From Candidatus Sumerlaeia bacterium (GTDB lineage: Bacteria > Sumerlaeota > Sumerlaeia > SLMS01): DNA of 38,398 nucleotides. The DNA lies in contig JBBQYG010000018.1 in the NCBI GenBank assembly GCA_038208905.1, positions 1 through 38,398 of the forward strand. Direction: 5' to 3'. A program made the position numbers and the translations under genes. The first letter of the stretch is position 1. The number at the start of each line of letters is the position of its first letter. This document shows, piece by piece, positions 28,198 through 36,938 of the stretch. The notes under the pieces were generated by a model. That model was not told the DNA's origin. It was given only the letters and a program-made list of their open reading frames with translations, and did no database searches.

Positions 28198-29667
28198 ATG
28201 GAAGTTGCCTCTGCACCCAAGCCTGCCATGCGGGAGCCCACGCTGCTGGAGGCGCTGATCCCCGTTGTGGCGATGGGCTTCTTTGTGGGCGTGGGCTATG
28301 CCGTGATGGGGATCCGGATCGAGCTGCTGCTGCTGGCCTCGGCGGCGGTGACGGCGGCGATCGCGTGGCGGCTTGGGATGACGTGGGAGCTGATGCAGCA
28401 GGGCATCGTGGAGAGCATCGGCAAGGCGATGCCGGCGATCCTGATCGTCATCGTGGTGGGGGCGCTGATCGCCTCGTGGCTGATCAGCGGAACGATCCCG
28501 ACGATTGTGTACTATGGGCTGAAGATGATATCGCCCTCATGGTTTCTGGCGACGGCGTGCATTCTGTGCAGCCTGGTCTCCATGATCATTGGAACATCGT
28601 GGGGAACGATCGGCACGGTGGGCGTGGCGCTGATGGGCATTGCGGAGGGGCTTGGGGTCAGCTCAGCCCAGACGGCGGGCGCGGTGGTGGCGGGTGCCTA
28701 TTTCGGCGACAAGCTGTCGCCCTTCTCCGACACCACAAACCTCGCGCCGATCGCCGCAAAGTCCAACCTGTATGACCATATCGGGCACATGCTGTGGACG
28801 ACGATGCCTGCCTGGGTCATCGGCATGGTGGTGTATGTGATTGTGGGCCGCGGACACGGGGGGGCGGTCACGTCGAAGGACGTTGCGGATCTTTCCGCCG
28901 CGTTGGAGGCCAACTTTCACCTGAGCCCGATCCTGCTGCTGCCCGCCGCGATCGCCTTGGGTGCCGCGGTACTAAAGAAGCCGGTCATACCCGGCATGCT
29001 TCTGTCGATCGTGGTGGCGCTGGTCATGGCGCTGACGATGCAGAACCTGGGCGAGTCGGTGCTGGGGAAGCCCTCCGCATCGGAGGCGACGCACCCGACG
29101 TGGGTACGCGCGGCGCGCACGCTGGTCTTTGGCGTGACGCCGGCAACGGACAGCACCTCGCTGAACCGAATCCTGGCGCGCGGCGGCATGGAATCGATGA
29201 TGGGGACCACGCTGATCGCGATTTGCGCATTCGCGTTTGCTGGCATCGCGACGCGGGCGGGCATGATGATGGTGATCGTCCACGCCCTGAGCCGGATCGC
29301 GCGCACCACGGGTCAGTTGGTGGCCGCCACGGTGGCCGCCTGCCTCACGGTGGCGGGCATCACGGGAAATTCGTATCTGGCGATCCTGATTCCCGGCGAG
29401 TTGTTTGCGAAGGCCTACAAGGAGCGCGGCCTCGCGGCCAAGAATCTCTCCCGAACCACCGAGGACTCGGGCACGGTGGTGGTGCCGTTGATTCCGTGGA
29501 GCATCTCCGCCGCGTTCATCGGCGACACGTTGCATGTGTCGGCCATACACTATGCGCCGTGGGCGATTCTTTGCTATCTTGGGTTCATGTTTGCCCTGGT
29601 GTATGGCTTCACGGGCTTTACGATCGCACCGCTCAAGCGCGAGGACGAAACACTGCCGGGGAGCTAA
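28198..29667 (+). CDS. nhaC: NhaC-family Na+/H+ antiporter (the family also includes amino acid and organic acid antiporters)
   Basis: GTSWGTIGTVG, GAYFGDKLSPFSDTTNLA, RGGMESM, LSRTTEDSGT, LIPW. Confidence 0.93.
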   Translation: MEVASAPKPAMREPTLLEALIPVVAMGFFVGVGYAVMGIRIELLLLASAAVTAAIAWRLGMTWELMQQGIVESIGKAMPAILIVIVVGALIASWLISGTIPTIVYYGLKMISPSWFLATACILCSLVSMIIGTSWGTIGTVGVALMGIAEGLGVSSAQTAGAVVAGAYFGDKLSPFSDTTNLAPIAAKSNLYDHIGHMLWTTMPAWVIGMVVYVIVGRGHGGAVTSKDVADLSAALEANFHLSPILLLPAAIALGAAVLKKPVIPGMLLSIVVALVMALTMQNLGESVLGKPSASEATHPTWVRAARTLVFGVTPATDSTSLNRILARGGMESMMGTTLIAICAFAFAGIATRAGMMMVIVHALSRIARTTGQLVAATVAACLTVAGITGNSYLAILIPGELFAKAYKERGLAAKNLSRTTEDSGTVVVPLIPWSISAAFIGDTLHVSAIHYAPWAILCYLGFMFALVYGFTGFTIAPLKREDETLPGS

Positions 29668-29823
29668 GCCCCCGGCGCGCCGAGGAATCGGGCTAACCCG
29701 GCGGCGCCCACAGGCTAGGGGGCATTGACCTTGACACGAGCGCCGCGTGCCCACAGAAGGGCGCGGCCTCGCGGGAGGCAATGCGCCGGAGCCATACCCA
29801 TCCACCGTGGCAAAGCACTGACA

Positions 29824-30156
29824 TTGGCTTGGTTAACGGATGACAAAGCGGGCTGCCGACTGACGGTTTACGTTCAGCCGAGGGCCCGGAAGACGGCGTT
29901 TTCCGGGATGCACGGCGACGCCGTGAAGATCGCGCTCGATGCGCCCCCGGTGGACGGCAAGGCCAACGAGGCGCTGACCCGCTTTCTTGCCGTGGCGGCG
30001 GGGCTCCCACAATCTCGCGTTCACCTGACCCAGGGGCTGAAGTCTCGGCTCAAGATCGTGCAGTTTGACTCCCTCGCGGCGGCGGCGCTTCTGGAGCGCC
30101 TTGCCGCCCACGGGCTTGGATCAACCATTCCACCGGAGGCCACCAAGCGGCCATGA
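29824..30156 (+). CDS. DUF167 (YggU/UPF0235) protein; start uncertain
   Basis: VYVQPRARK, APPVDGKANEAL, GLKSRLK motifs; ATGA overlap with the PNP gene. Confidence 0.88.
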   Translation: MAWLTDDKAGCRLTVYVQPRARKTAFSGMHGDAVKIALDAPPVDGKANEALTRFLAVAAGLPQSRVHLTQGLKSRLKIVQFDSLAAAALLERLAAHGLGSTIPPEATKRP

Positions 30157-30971
30157 ACCTTTACGATCAGATTGTGGAAGCAACACAGTACATCGAGAGC
30201 GTGACCACCCACCGCGCCAAGGTCGGCGTGATCTGTGGCACGGGGATGGGTTCCCTCGCCGACAGCCCCGAGGGGCTTGTCAAGATTCCCTATGGCGACA
30301 TCCCCCACTTCCCCCTCTCCACGGTGGAGAGCCACGCGGGGAACCTTTGCCTTGGGAAGCTGGCCGGCAAGGACGTGGTCATCATGCAGGGCCGCTTTCA
30401 CCGCTACGAGGGCTACAGCCTCCAGCAGGTCACGTTTCCCGTCCGCGTGATGCGCGCGCTGGGCGTGCGGACGCTGATCATCATGAACGCGGTGGGTTCG
30501 GTGAATCCGCTGATTCCCGTGGGGGCGTTGATGATCGTGACGGACCAGATCAACATGATGGGCGACAATCCGCTGATCGGGCCGAACGACGACCGCCTTG
30601 GGCCGCGCTTTCCCGATATGAGCGAGCCCTACAATCGCGAGTTGATCTCGCGGTGGGAGGCCATCGCCCTGCAGAAAAAGATCCGCACCTACAAGGGCGT
30701 CCTTGTGGCGGTGACGGGCCCGAACCTTGAGACCGCCGCGGAGTACCGCATGTTCCAGCGCATCGGCGCCGACTGCGTGACGATGTCCACGATCCCCGAG
30801 GCCATCGTCGCGGCCCACGAGGGCCTCAAGTGCGTGGCGCTGTCCACGATTACCGACGCCTGCCTGCCGGACGCGCTGAAGCCCGCTGTTCTTGAGGAGA
30901 TCATCCACGTTGCCAACAGCCGCGAGGATGATCGGCGGGCCCTGGTGATGGGGTTGATCGAGAGCCTGTAG
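30153..30971 (+). CDS. punA: Purine-nucleoside phosphorylase (trimeric class)
   Basis: IPHFPLSTVESHAG, QGRFHRYEGY, GPRFPDMSEPY, GPNLETAAE, MSTIPE. Confidence 0.93.
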   Translation: MNLYDQIVEATQYIESVTTHRAKVGVICGTGMGSLADSPEGLVKIPYGDIPHFPLSTVESHAGNLCLGKLAGKDVVIMQGRFHRYEGYSLQQVTFPVRVMRALGVRTLIIMNAVGSVNPLIPVGALMIVTDQINMMGDNPLIGPNDDRLGPRFPDMSEPYNRELISRWEAIALQKKIRTYKGVLVAVTGPNLETAAEYRMFQRIGADCVTMSTIPEAIVAAHEGLKCVALSTITDACLPDALKPAVLEEIIHVANSREDDRRALVMGLIESL

Positions 30972-30990
30972 GTGAAACGGGGAAAACGGC

Positions 30991-31135
30991 ATTCACCACG
31001 GAGTACACAGAGGGCACTGAGAACGGTATTGATAATGTCTCCATGCTACCCGCCTCTCCCCCACGCCTTGTCTGTCTATACGTTTGCCCACCGCACCGGT
31101 TTGGCTCGGTGTTCTCTGTCCTCTCCGTGGTGAAT
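30991..31135. repeat. Intergenic element with 31-bp imperfect inverted arms built from 9-bp-period CACRGAG-like units
   Basis: ATTCACCACGGAGTACACAGAGGGCACTGAG matches the reverse complement of 31105-31135 (ATTCACCACGGAGAGGACAGAGAACACCGAG) at 25/31. Confidence 0.85.
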
Positions 31136-31231
31136 TCGGCTTTTTTTCCTGGGCCCGTGAGAACACCGGTCTCTCAACCTTCGCCTCTCTACTTCTGATC
31201 TGTGACATCTGCGACATCTCTGGACAAAAAA

Positions 31232-34042
31232 GTGACCGACCAGCAGCCGACTCCCGACTACAGCACCACCGTCAACCTTCCCAAGACCGACTTCCCGCAG
31301 AAGGCCAACCTTCCCGAGCGCGAGCCCGAGCGGCTGGCGCGGTGGCAGGCCCTTGGCGTGGACAGGGCCCTGGCGGAGCGGCGGGGCCGCGCGCACTTCG
31401 TGTTCCACGATGGGCCGCCCTATGCCAACGGCGACATCCACATCGGCCACACGCTGAACAAGGTGCTGAAGGACACGATCCGCCGCTACAAGACGATGAC
31501 GGGCCACCGCGTCCACTATGTCCACGGGAGCGACTGCCACGGCCTGCCGATCGAGCAGAAGGTGGTGGAGAAGCTGCGGGCCGACAAGACCTACGCCGAC
31601 AAGTCGCCGCTGGAAATCCGCCGGCTGTGCGCTGAGTACGCGGCCGGTTGGGTGAAGACGCAGCGCGCGCAGTTCGAGCGCCTGGGTGTTGGCGGCGACT
31701 GGGACAACCAGTACGTGACGATGGACCCGCGCTATGAAGTCGGAGTCCTGAGCGCGTTGAAGGCGTTGGTGGAGAAGGGCTATGTCTATAAGGGCCTGAA
31801 GGTGGTGTTCTGGGATCCGATCTTCGAGACGGCGCTGGCCGAGGCGGAGATCGAATACAACGACAGCCACATCTCTCCGTCGATCTACGTTAAGTTTCCG
31901 ATCAAGTCCAAGCCGCCGCTGCCGGAGCTCGCCGGCGCCAGCATCGTGATCTGGACGACGACGCCGTGGACGCTTCCGGCGAACCTGGGCGTATCGGTGC
32001 ATCCGGAATTCGACTACGTGGCATTGCGCGCGAACGGCGAGACGCTGGTGGTGGCAAGGGGCCTCCTGGACCAGTTCCGCAAGGACGTTGGCATCGAGGG
32101 GGGCGAGGTGATCGCGGAATTCAAGGGCGCGATCCTCGACCGCCAGGTGTGTGCGCATCCGCTGATCGCGGGTAAGGACTCGCTGGTGATGCTGGGCGAG
32201 CACGTGACGCTGGAGCAGGGCACCGGCGCGGTACACACGGCGCCAGGGCACGGCGTGGATGACTTCCAGATCGGCAAGGTCTATGGACTGGAAGTCTTCA
32301 ATCCCGTGGACGAGAAGGGTGCTTTCACCGCGCAGTATCCCGACATGGAGGGGACCAACGTCTTCAAGGCGAACCCCCTTGTGATCGAGAAGCTGCGCGA
32401 GAGCGGCCTGTTACTGGGGGCGAAGGACTACAAGCACAGCTATCCGTACTCCTGGCGCTCGCGCAAGCCCGTGATCATGCGCGCCACGGAGCAGTGGTTC
32501 ATGGCGATCGACAAGGACGGCCTGCGCGAGCTGGCGGTGGCGGAGTGCGACCGCGTGAAGTGGATCCCCGACTGGGGCTATGACCGCATCATCAACATGC
32601 TGAAGTCGCGGCCCGACTGGTGCCTCTCGCGCCAGCGCTCCTGGGGGACGCCGATCCCCTCGATCATTGATCGCCGCACCGGCGAGGGCATCCTCGACAC
32701 GAAGCTCATCGAGAAGTTCATGGGCTATGTCGCGAAGGAAGGGACCGATTGCTGGTACGAGCGGCCCCTGACGGATTTCCTCCCCGCGGAACGGCTCGCC
32801 GACGCGCAGCACTATGACAAGGAATTCAACACCTTCGACGTGTGGTTCGATTCAGGTTCGAGCCATCTGGCGGTGCTCACCGAGAACTATGGCCTGACGT
32901 GGCCGGCGGACCTCTATCTTGAGGGCGCCGACCAGCATCGCGGCTGGTTCCAGCACTCGCTGTGGGTGGCGCTGGGCGTGAAGGGGAGCGCGCCCTTTCG
33001 CGCGGTGCTGACGCACGGCTTCGTGCTGGACGAGCAGAAGCGCCCGATGTCCAAGTCGCTGGGCAACGTGATCAACCCGCTGGACATCATCAAGCAGAAC
33101 GGCGCCGACGTGCTCCGCCTGTGGGTGTCGTCACAGGACTATCGCGGCGATGTGTCGATCTCCAAGGGCTCGATGAACCAGATGTCGGATGCCTATCGCC
33201 GCATCCGCAACACGCTGCGCTATGCCCTAAGCAACCTTTTCGACTTCGATCCCGCGAAGGACCGCGTGGCCCCCGCGCAGATGGCGGAGGACGACCGCTG
33301 GGCCCTGGCGAAGCTGAACGACCTGATCCGTCGCGTGACGGAAGCATACGAGAAGTACGAGTTCCATCGCGTCTATCATCTGGTTTTTGGCTTCTGTGTG
33401 ACGGAGCTCGGGTCCATCTACCTCGACGTGATCAAGGACCGGCTCTACTGCTCGGCGCCGTCGGACCCCGTCCGGCGGTCGTCGCAGACGGTGCTCTTCG
33501 AGATCGCCAGCGCCATCGCGCGACTGATGGCGCCGGTGATCCCCTTCACGGCGGACGAGGTGTGGGAGAACCTGCCCGGTGGGGCGGGTCAGTGCGTCCA
33601 CGCCTCCGATTTCCCGACGGCCTCGCCGGAGTGGGACGACGCGGCGCTGACGGCGAAGTTCGACCGATTGCTGATCCTGAGGGACGAAGTGACACGGCGG
33701 ATCGAGCCACTTCGCGCGAAAGAGAACAAGATTATCGGAAACTCCCTCGATGCGCGAGTTATATTGCGTTCGGGGGACCCGGAGACCTTGACATTCCTCG
33801 AAGGCCACCAAACGATCTTGCGCCAGTTGTTCATTGTGTCGCAGGTGACGGTGCTGAACGAAGGCGGGGCAGTGACGGAGCAGGAATTGTCGAACGCGGG
33901 GCTGCTGGTCTCCGTGGAAGTTGGGAAAGCGGGCGGCTCGAAATGCCCGCGATGCTGGAACTGGACAACCGATGGAGGCACCGATGCCAACCATCCCGAA
34001 CTCTGCGCCCGCTGTGCCGGCGCCCTGAGGAGGATCCCTTAG
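31232..34042 (+). CDS. ileS: Isoleucine--tRNA ligase, type 1
   Basis: NLPKTDFP, HDGPPYANGDIHIGH, WTTTPWTLPAN, GTGAVHTAPGHG, DWCLSRQRSWG, PMSKSLGN, C-terminal CPRC...CARC zinc finger; start at GTG 31232 or 31202. Confidence 0.98.
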   Translation: MTDQQPTPDYSTTVNLPKTDFPQKANLPEREPERLARWQALGVDRALAERRGRAHFVFHDGPPYANGDIHIGHTLNKVLKDTIRRYKTMTGHRVHYVHGSDCHGLPIEQKVVEKLRADKTYADKSPLEIRRLCAEYAAGWVKTQRAQFERLGVGGDWDNQYVTMDPRYEVGVLSALKALVEKGYVYKGLKVVFWDPIFETALAEAEIEYNDSHISPSIYVKFPIKSKPPLPELAGASIVIWTTTPWTLPANLGVSVHPEFDYVALRANGETLVVARGLLDQFRKDVGIEGGEVIAEFKGAILDRQVCAHPLIAGKDSLVMLGEHVTLEQGTGAVHTAPGHGVDDFQIGKVYGLEVFNPVDEKGAFTAQYPDMEGTNVFKANPLVIEKLRESGLLLGAKDYKHSYPYSWRSRKPVIMRATEQWFMAIDKDGLRELAVAECDRVKWIPDWGYDRIINMLKSRPDWCLSRQRSWGTPIPSIIDRRTGEGILDTKLIEKFMGYVAKEGTDCWYERPLTDFLPAERLADAQHYDKEFNTFDVWFDSGSSHLAVLTENYGLTWPADLYLEGADQHRGWFQHSLWVALGVKGSAPFRAVLTHGFVLDEQKRPMSKSLGNVINPLDIIKQNGADVLRLWVSSQDYRGDVSISKGSMNQMSDAYRRIRNTLRYALSNLFDFDPAKDRVAPAQMAEDDRWALAKLNDLIRRVTEAYEKYEFHRVYHLVFGFCVTELGSIYLDVIKDRLYCSAPSDPVRRSSQTVLFEIASAIARLMAPVIPFTADEVWENLPGGAGQCVHASDFPTASPEWDDAALTAKFDRLLILRDEVTRRIEPLRAKENKIIGNSLDARVILRSGDPETLTFLEGHQTILRQLFIVSQVTVLNEGGAVTEQELSNAGLLVSVEVGKAGGSKCPRCWNWTTDGGTDANHPELCARCAGALRRIP

Positions 34043-34043
34043 T

Positions 34044-35075
34044 ATGACATCGCGACCCGCGAAGAAATCACCGGCCAAGAAAGCCGCACCGGCGGCGAAG
34101 AAGATCGCTGCTCCGCCCGCGAGGAAGAAGTCCGCGCCCGCGGCGCAAGCAAGATCGAAGACGCCGCTGAAGGCCGTTAAAAAGAAAGTTGCCACCGCAC
34201 CGGCGAAGGCTCAACCTAAGCCCCAGTCGCGGAAGAAAGTGGCGAAGCCCGCGGCCACCAAGAAACCCACCGCCGCCAAAAAAGCCCCAGCCAAAGTGAC
34301 GACAAAAGCCAAGCCCGCAACGGCCCCCAAGGCCAAGGCAACGGCGCCATCCAGCAAGCAGGCGCCGGCGAAGAAGATCGCCACGCCCGCGCGCCCCGCG
34401 TCCAAGGCGGTGGCGGCGACCAAGGAAACCACGAAGATCATGCCGAAGCCTGACAAGAAGCAGCTCAGCGCAGCGGCCACAACCGACACGGCCAAGCCCG
34501 AGGCAAAGCGTTCCCGCAGCCAGCACCTGCAAAAGCTCCTCGCGCTCCGCGAGACCAAGGGGAAGAAGACCGCACCCAAGGCCGGCGCGGCGAAAGCGGC
34601 ACCGGCGCCAGCCGCACCCGTGCCGACGCCGGAGCCCGCACGCAAGGTGAAGCGGCCGCGCAAGTCGCCCTACACCAAGGCCGAGATGAAGGAGCTTCGC
34701 GCGGTCCTCGAGGAGGAGAGAGAGAGCCTCATCAAGGACCTCCGCCAGCTCGACGACCTTGCGGACAGCAACCGGCAAACGACCCACGCGACTTTCTCGA
34801 GCCATCAGGCTGACGCCGCGTCGGACAGCTCGGCCCTGGAGAGCACGTTCATCCAGCGCCGCTATGAGGAAGAGCGTTTCGCGGCCGTCTTGGAGGCGTT
34901 GTTGCGCATCGAGAATGGCACCTACGGCCTCTGCGACCTGTGCGACGAGGAGCAGAACAACCTCTGTGGGGCCTGCCCCTTCATCCCCGTGGACCGGCTC
35001 CGCGCGAAGCCCTTTGCCCGCATGTGTGTGCAGATGCGCCAGCGCATGGAGAAGACGAACAACAAGCGGTACTAA
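34044..35075 (+). CDS. dksA: DksA/TraR-family protein with a long Lys/Ala/Pro-rich histone-H1-like N-terminus
   Basis: Coiled coil with HQADAASD tip, ALLRIENGTYGLCDLC...RLRAKPFARMC; located right after ileS as in several phyla. Confidence 0.8.
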   Translation: MTSRPAKKSPAKKAAPAAKKIAAPPARKKSAPAAQARSKTPLKAVKKKVATAPAKAQPKPQSRKKVAKPAATKKPTAAKKAPAKVTTKAKPATAPKAKATAPSSKQAPAKKIATPARPASKAVAATKETTKIMPKPDKKQLSAAATTDTAKPEAKRSRSQHLQKLLALRETKGKKTAPKAGAAKAAPAPAAPVPTPEPARKVKRPRKSPYTKAEMKELRAVLEEERESLIKDLRQLDDLADSNRQTTHATFSSHQADAASDSSALESTFIQRRYEEERFAAVLEALLRIENGTYGLCDLCDEEQNNLCGACPFIPVDRLRAKPFARMCVQMRQRMEKTNNKRY

Positions 35076-35078
35076 GGC

Positions 35079-35100
35079 GGGAATTGGGAATGGGGAATGG
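35079..35100 (+). repeat. GGGAATK heptamer tandem repeat after the dksA stop
   Basis: GGGAATT GGGAATG GGGAATG G; same family at 38059-38080 and 38292-38320. Confidence 0.75.
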
Positions 35101-35122
35101 TGGTTGGGTTCCCCGGTAGTAT

Positions 35123-35163
35123 CAAAGGCGGCCCCGTCACCCTTGCGTGGCGGGGCCGCTTTG
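35123..35163 (+). terminator. Stable hairpin, possible terminator after dksA
   Basis: GCGGCCCCG-TCAC / GTGG-CGGGGCCGC stem followed by only TTT. Confidence 0.45.
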
Positions 35164-35205
35164 CAATATGGTGCGGCCAGTGCAACTTGGGCGGAGGTGG
35201 GCGCG

Positions 35206-36483
35206 ATGAGGATTACAAAGGTTGGAATGCTTGTGTTGGGGGCGTGGGTGGCGCTGGCGGGTGGTTGCGCGGGTCACAATTCAGGGACTCAGGCAGGCAG
35301 CGAGAATGCGTTCACGACAAGTGCCTGGCAGAATGCAGAGCCAGCGCCCGCCAGCGGGAAGGGGTTTGCTCCGTCGTCCAACGATACGCTCTTCCCATCT
35401 GTTACCATCACTAGTCGAAGCGCGTCCGCCGCGTCCGTGGAAGAGTCCGTCGGCGACAGCGAGAAGGAGCCGATGCGCAAGGTGGCGCGCACCGCGGACT
35501 TTTCACTGCAAGTGGCTTCGGTAGATACAGCCCGCGTGGAGCTGGAACGCATCGCCGCGGAGGCCGGTGGATTCGTTCAGCAGGCGTCCAACAACATGGT
35601 CCACTTCCGGGTGCCGCCGGACGCGCTGGACGCAACTATCGCGCGGATCGAGACGCTGGGCCGCGTGCTGGAGCGCAACGTGGCCGCGGAGGACGTGACG
35701 GACCAGTATGTGGATGTCGAGCTGCGCATCGATGTGGCAACGCGCTCGCGCGAGCGCCTGGTGGCGCTGCTGGAAAATGCGAAGGTCACCAAGGACCTGC
35801 TCGAAATTGAAATCGAGATCCGCCGCCTGACGGAGGAGATCGAACGCTTCAAGGGACAGCGGCGCGTGCTGGACGATCGCGTGGGATTCTCGACGGTGCG
35901 CGTGAAGCTGGTGGAGTCGCAGCCGGTGGCGGAGTTCGTTCTGCCGCCGAGCGTGGCGGACCGCTTTAGTTGGATGGCGGAGATGGGGATCGCGCGCCTG
36001 TACTCTCCGGTCGGGTCGCAAGCGTGGCTGCGGGGGGAATACTCTCTGCTGCGGGTGCTCGGCTTCCCGCGCTTCGAGTTCGCACCGCCGGAATCCTTCG
36101 TGAAACTCCGCCACGACCGCGCGCTCTTGGTGGCCAGCAACGCCGGCGACACACGCGTGCGCGCCCATCGGCTCCACGCTCGGCAAGAGGCGACGATCGC
36201 GTTCTGGGGCGAGGCGCTCGGCAAGCAGCTCGAGAATCCCAATGGCTACTTGGTGGAGGAATCGGGAGACTTCGAACTGGAAACGCCCAACCACGAGGGC
36301 TGGCGAATTCGCACCAAGGGCACGTGGGCAGGGCTCCAGTGGAATTATGTGGTCTGGCTGGTGCGCGACGAGGATGACCAGCACCACATCCTGGCCATCG
36401 ACGCCGCATGGCCCGCGAGCGAGGAAGGCAGCGTCGCACTGGAAGAGATCGAGAAGCAGGTGCGCGCCGCGGTGGTAAGGTAA
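35206..36483 (+). CDS. DUF4349-domain lipoprotein with extra C-terminal domain
   Basis: GGAGG RBS, lipobox AGGC; RVPP...LGRV...EDVTDQYVD...RL..LL...IE..I.R...EIE...G..R.L..RV.FSTV pattern of DUF4349. Confidence 0.85.
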   Translation: MRITKVGMLVLGAWVALAGGCAGHNSGTQAGSENAFTTSAWQNAEPAPASGKGFAPSSNDTLFPSVTITSRSASAASVEESVGDSEKEPMRKVARTADFSLQVASVDTARVELERIAAEAGGFVQQASNNMVHFRVPPDALDATIARIETLGRVLERNVAAEDVTDQYVDVELRIDVATRSRERLVALLENAKVTKDLLEIEIEIRRLTEEIERFKGQRRVLDDRVGFSTVRVKLVESQPVAEFVLPPSVADRFSWMAEMGIARLYSPVGSQAWLRGEYSLLRVLGFPRFEFAPPESFVKLRHDRALLVASNAGDTRVRAHRLHARQEATIAFWGEALGKQLENPNGYLVEESGDFELETPNHEGWRIRTKGTWAGLQWNYVVWLVRDEDDQHHILAIDAAWPASEEGSVALEEIEKQVRAAVVR

Positions 36484-36496
36484 GGCGCAAAGAAGG

Positions 36497-36930
36497 TTCG
36501 CCACAGAGAGCACAGGGAGCGCAGAGGCTCGACGTCGAGAGGAAGGACCACCCCGACAACTCCTGGAATTCCGCCGCACGCGGGCAGGCCGGCTTGCAAG
36601 GTCCGATAGGCATTCGTCCCGGCAGGGACGTAACAATCGTAGCCCCGGACTTCAGTCCGGGGTACCAACGGATATACAGACCGGACCCCGGGAGGGGTCC
36701 AACAACGCAGCCGCATTGAGCCCTGTGGAACCCATGCCGGGGTTCGAACGCTTGTTGCTCCTACGTCTCCGGACTGAAGTCCGGGGATACGATTGTTTCG
36801 CAGCTCCCGGGCGAATGCGCGAGAGCCTTGCATGTTGGAAATCGTCACGGAGGTTTACGATCTCCTGATGGTCGGCCGGTCATCCTCGGCTTTGTTGTGC
36901 CTCCGTGATCTCCGTGCACTCTGTGGTGAT
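36497..36930. repeat. Second CACRGAG-type inverted-arm element, enclosing a REPIN-like insert
   Basis: TTCGCCACAGAGAGCACAGGGAGCGCAGAG (36497-36526) matches the reverse complement of 36901-36930 at 22/30. Confidence 0.75.
36632..36797. repeat. Inverted pair of GTAG-type REP palindromes (REPIN-like)
   Basis: AACAATCGTAGCCCCGGACTTCAGTCCGGGG (36632-36662) matches the reverse complement of 36767-36797 at 29/31; GTAG followed by hairpin CCCCGGAC-TTCA-GTCCGGGG. Confidence 0.85.
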
Positions 36931-36938
36931 TGCCGTTG

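Noticed and set aside
30972-31231. T-box leader upstream of ileS
   Set aside because: No T-box consensus (TGGNACCGCG-like) or specifier stem recognised; the region is explained by the inverted-arm element
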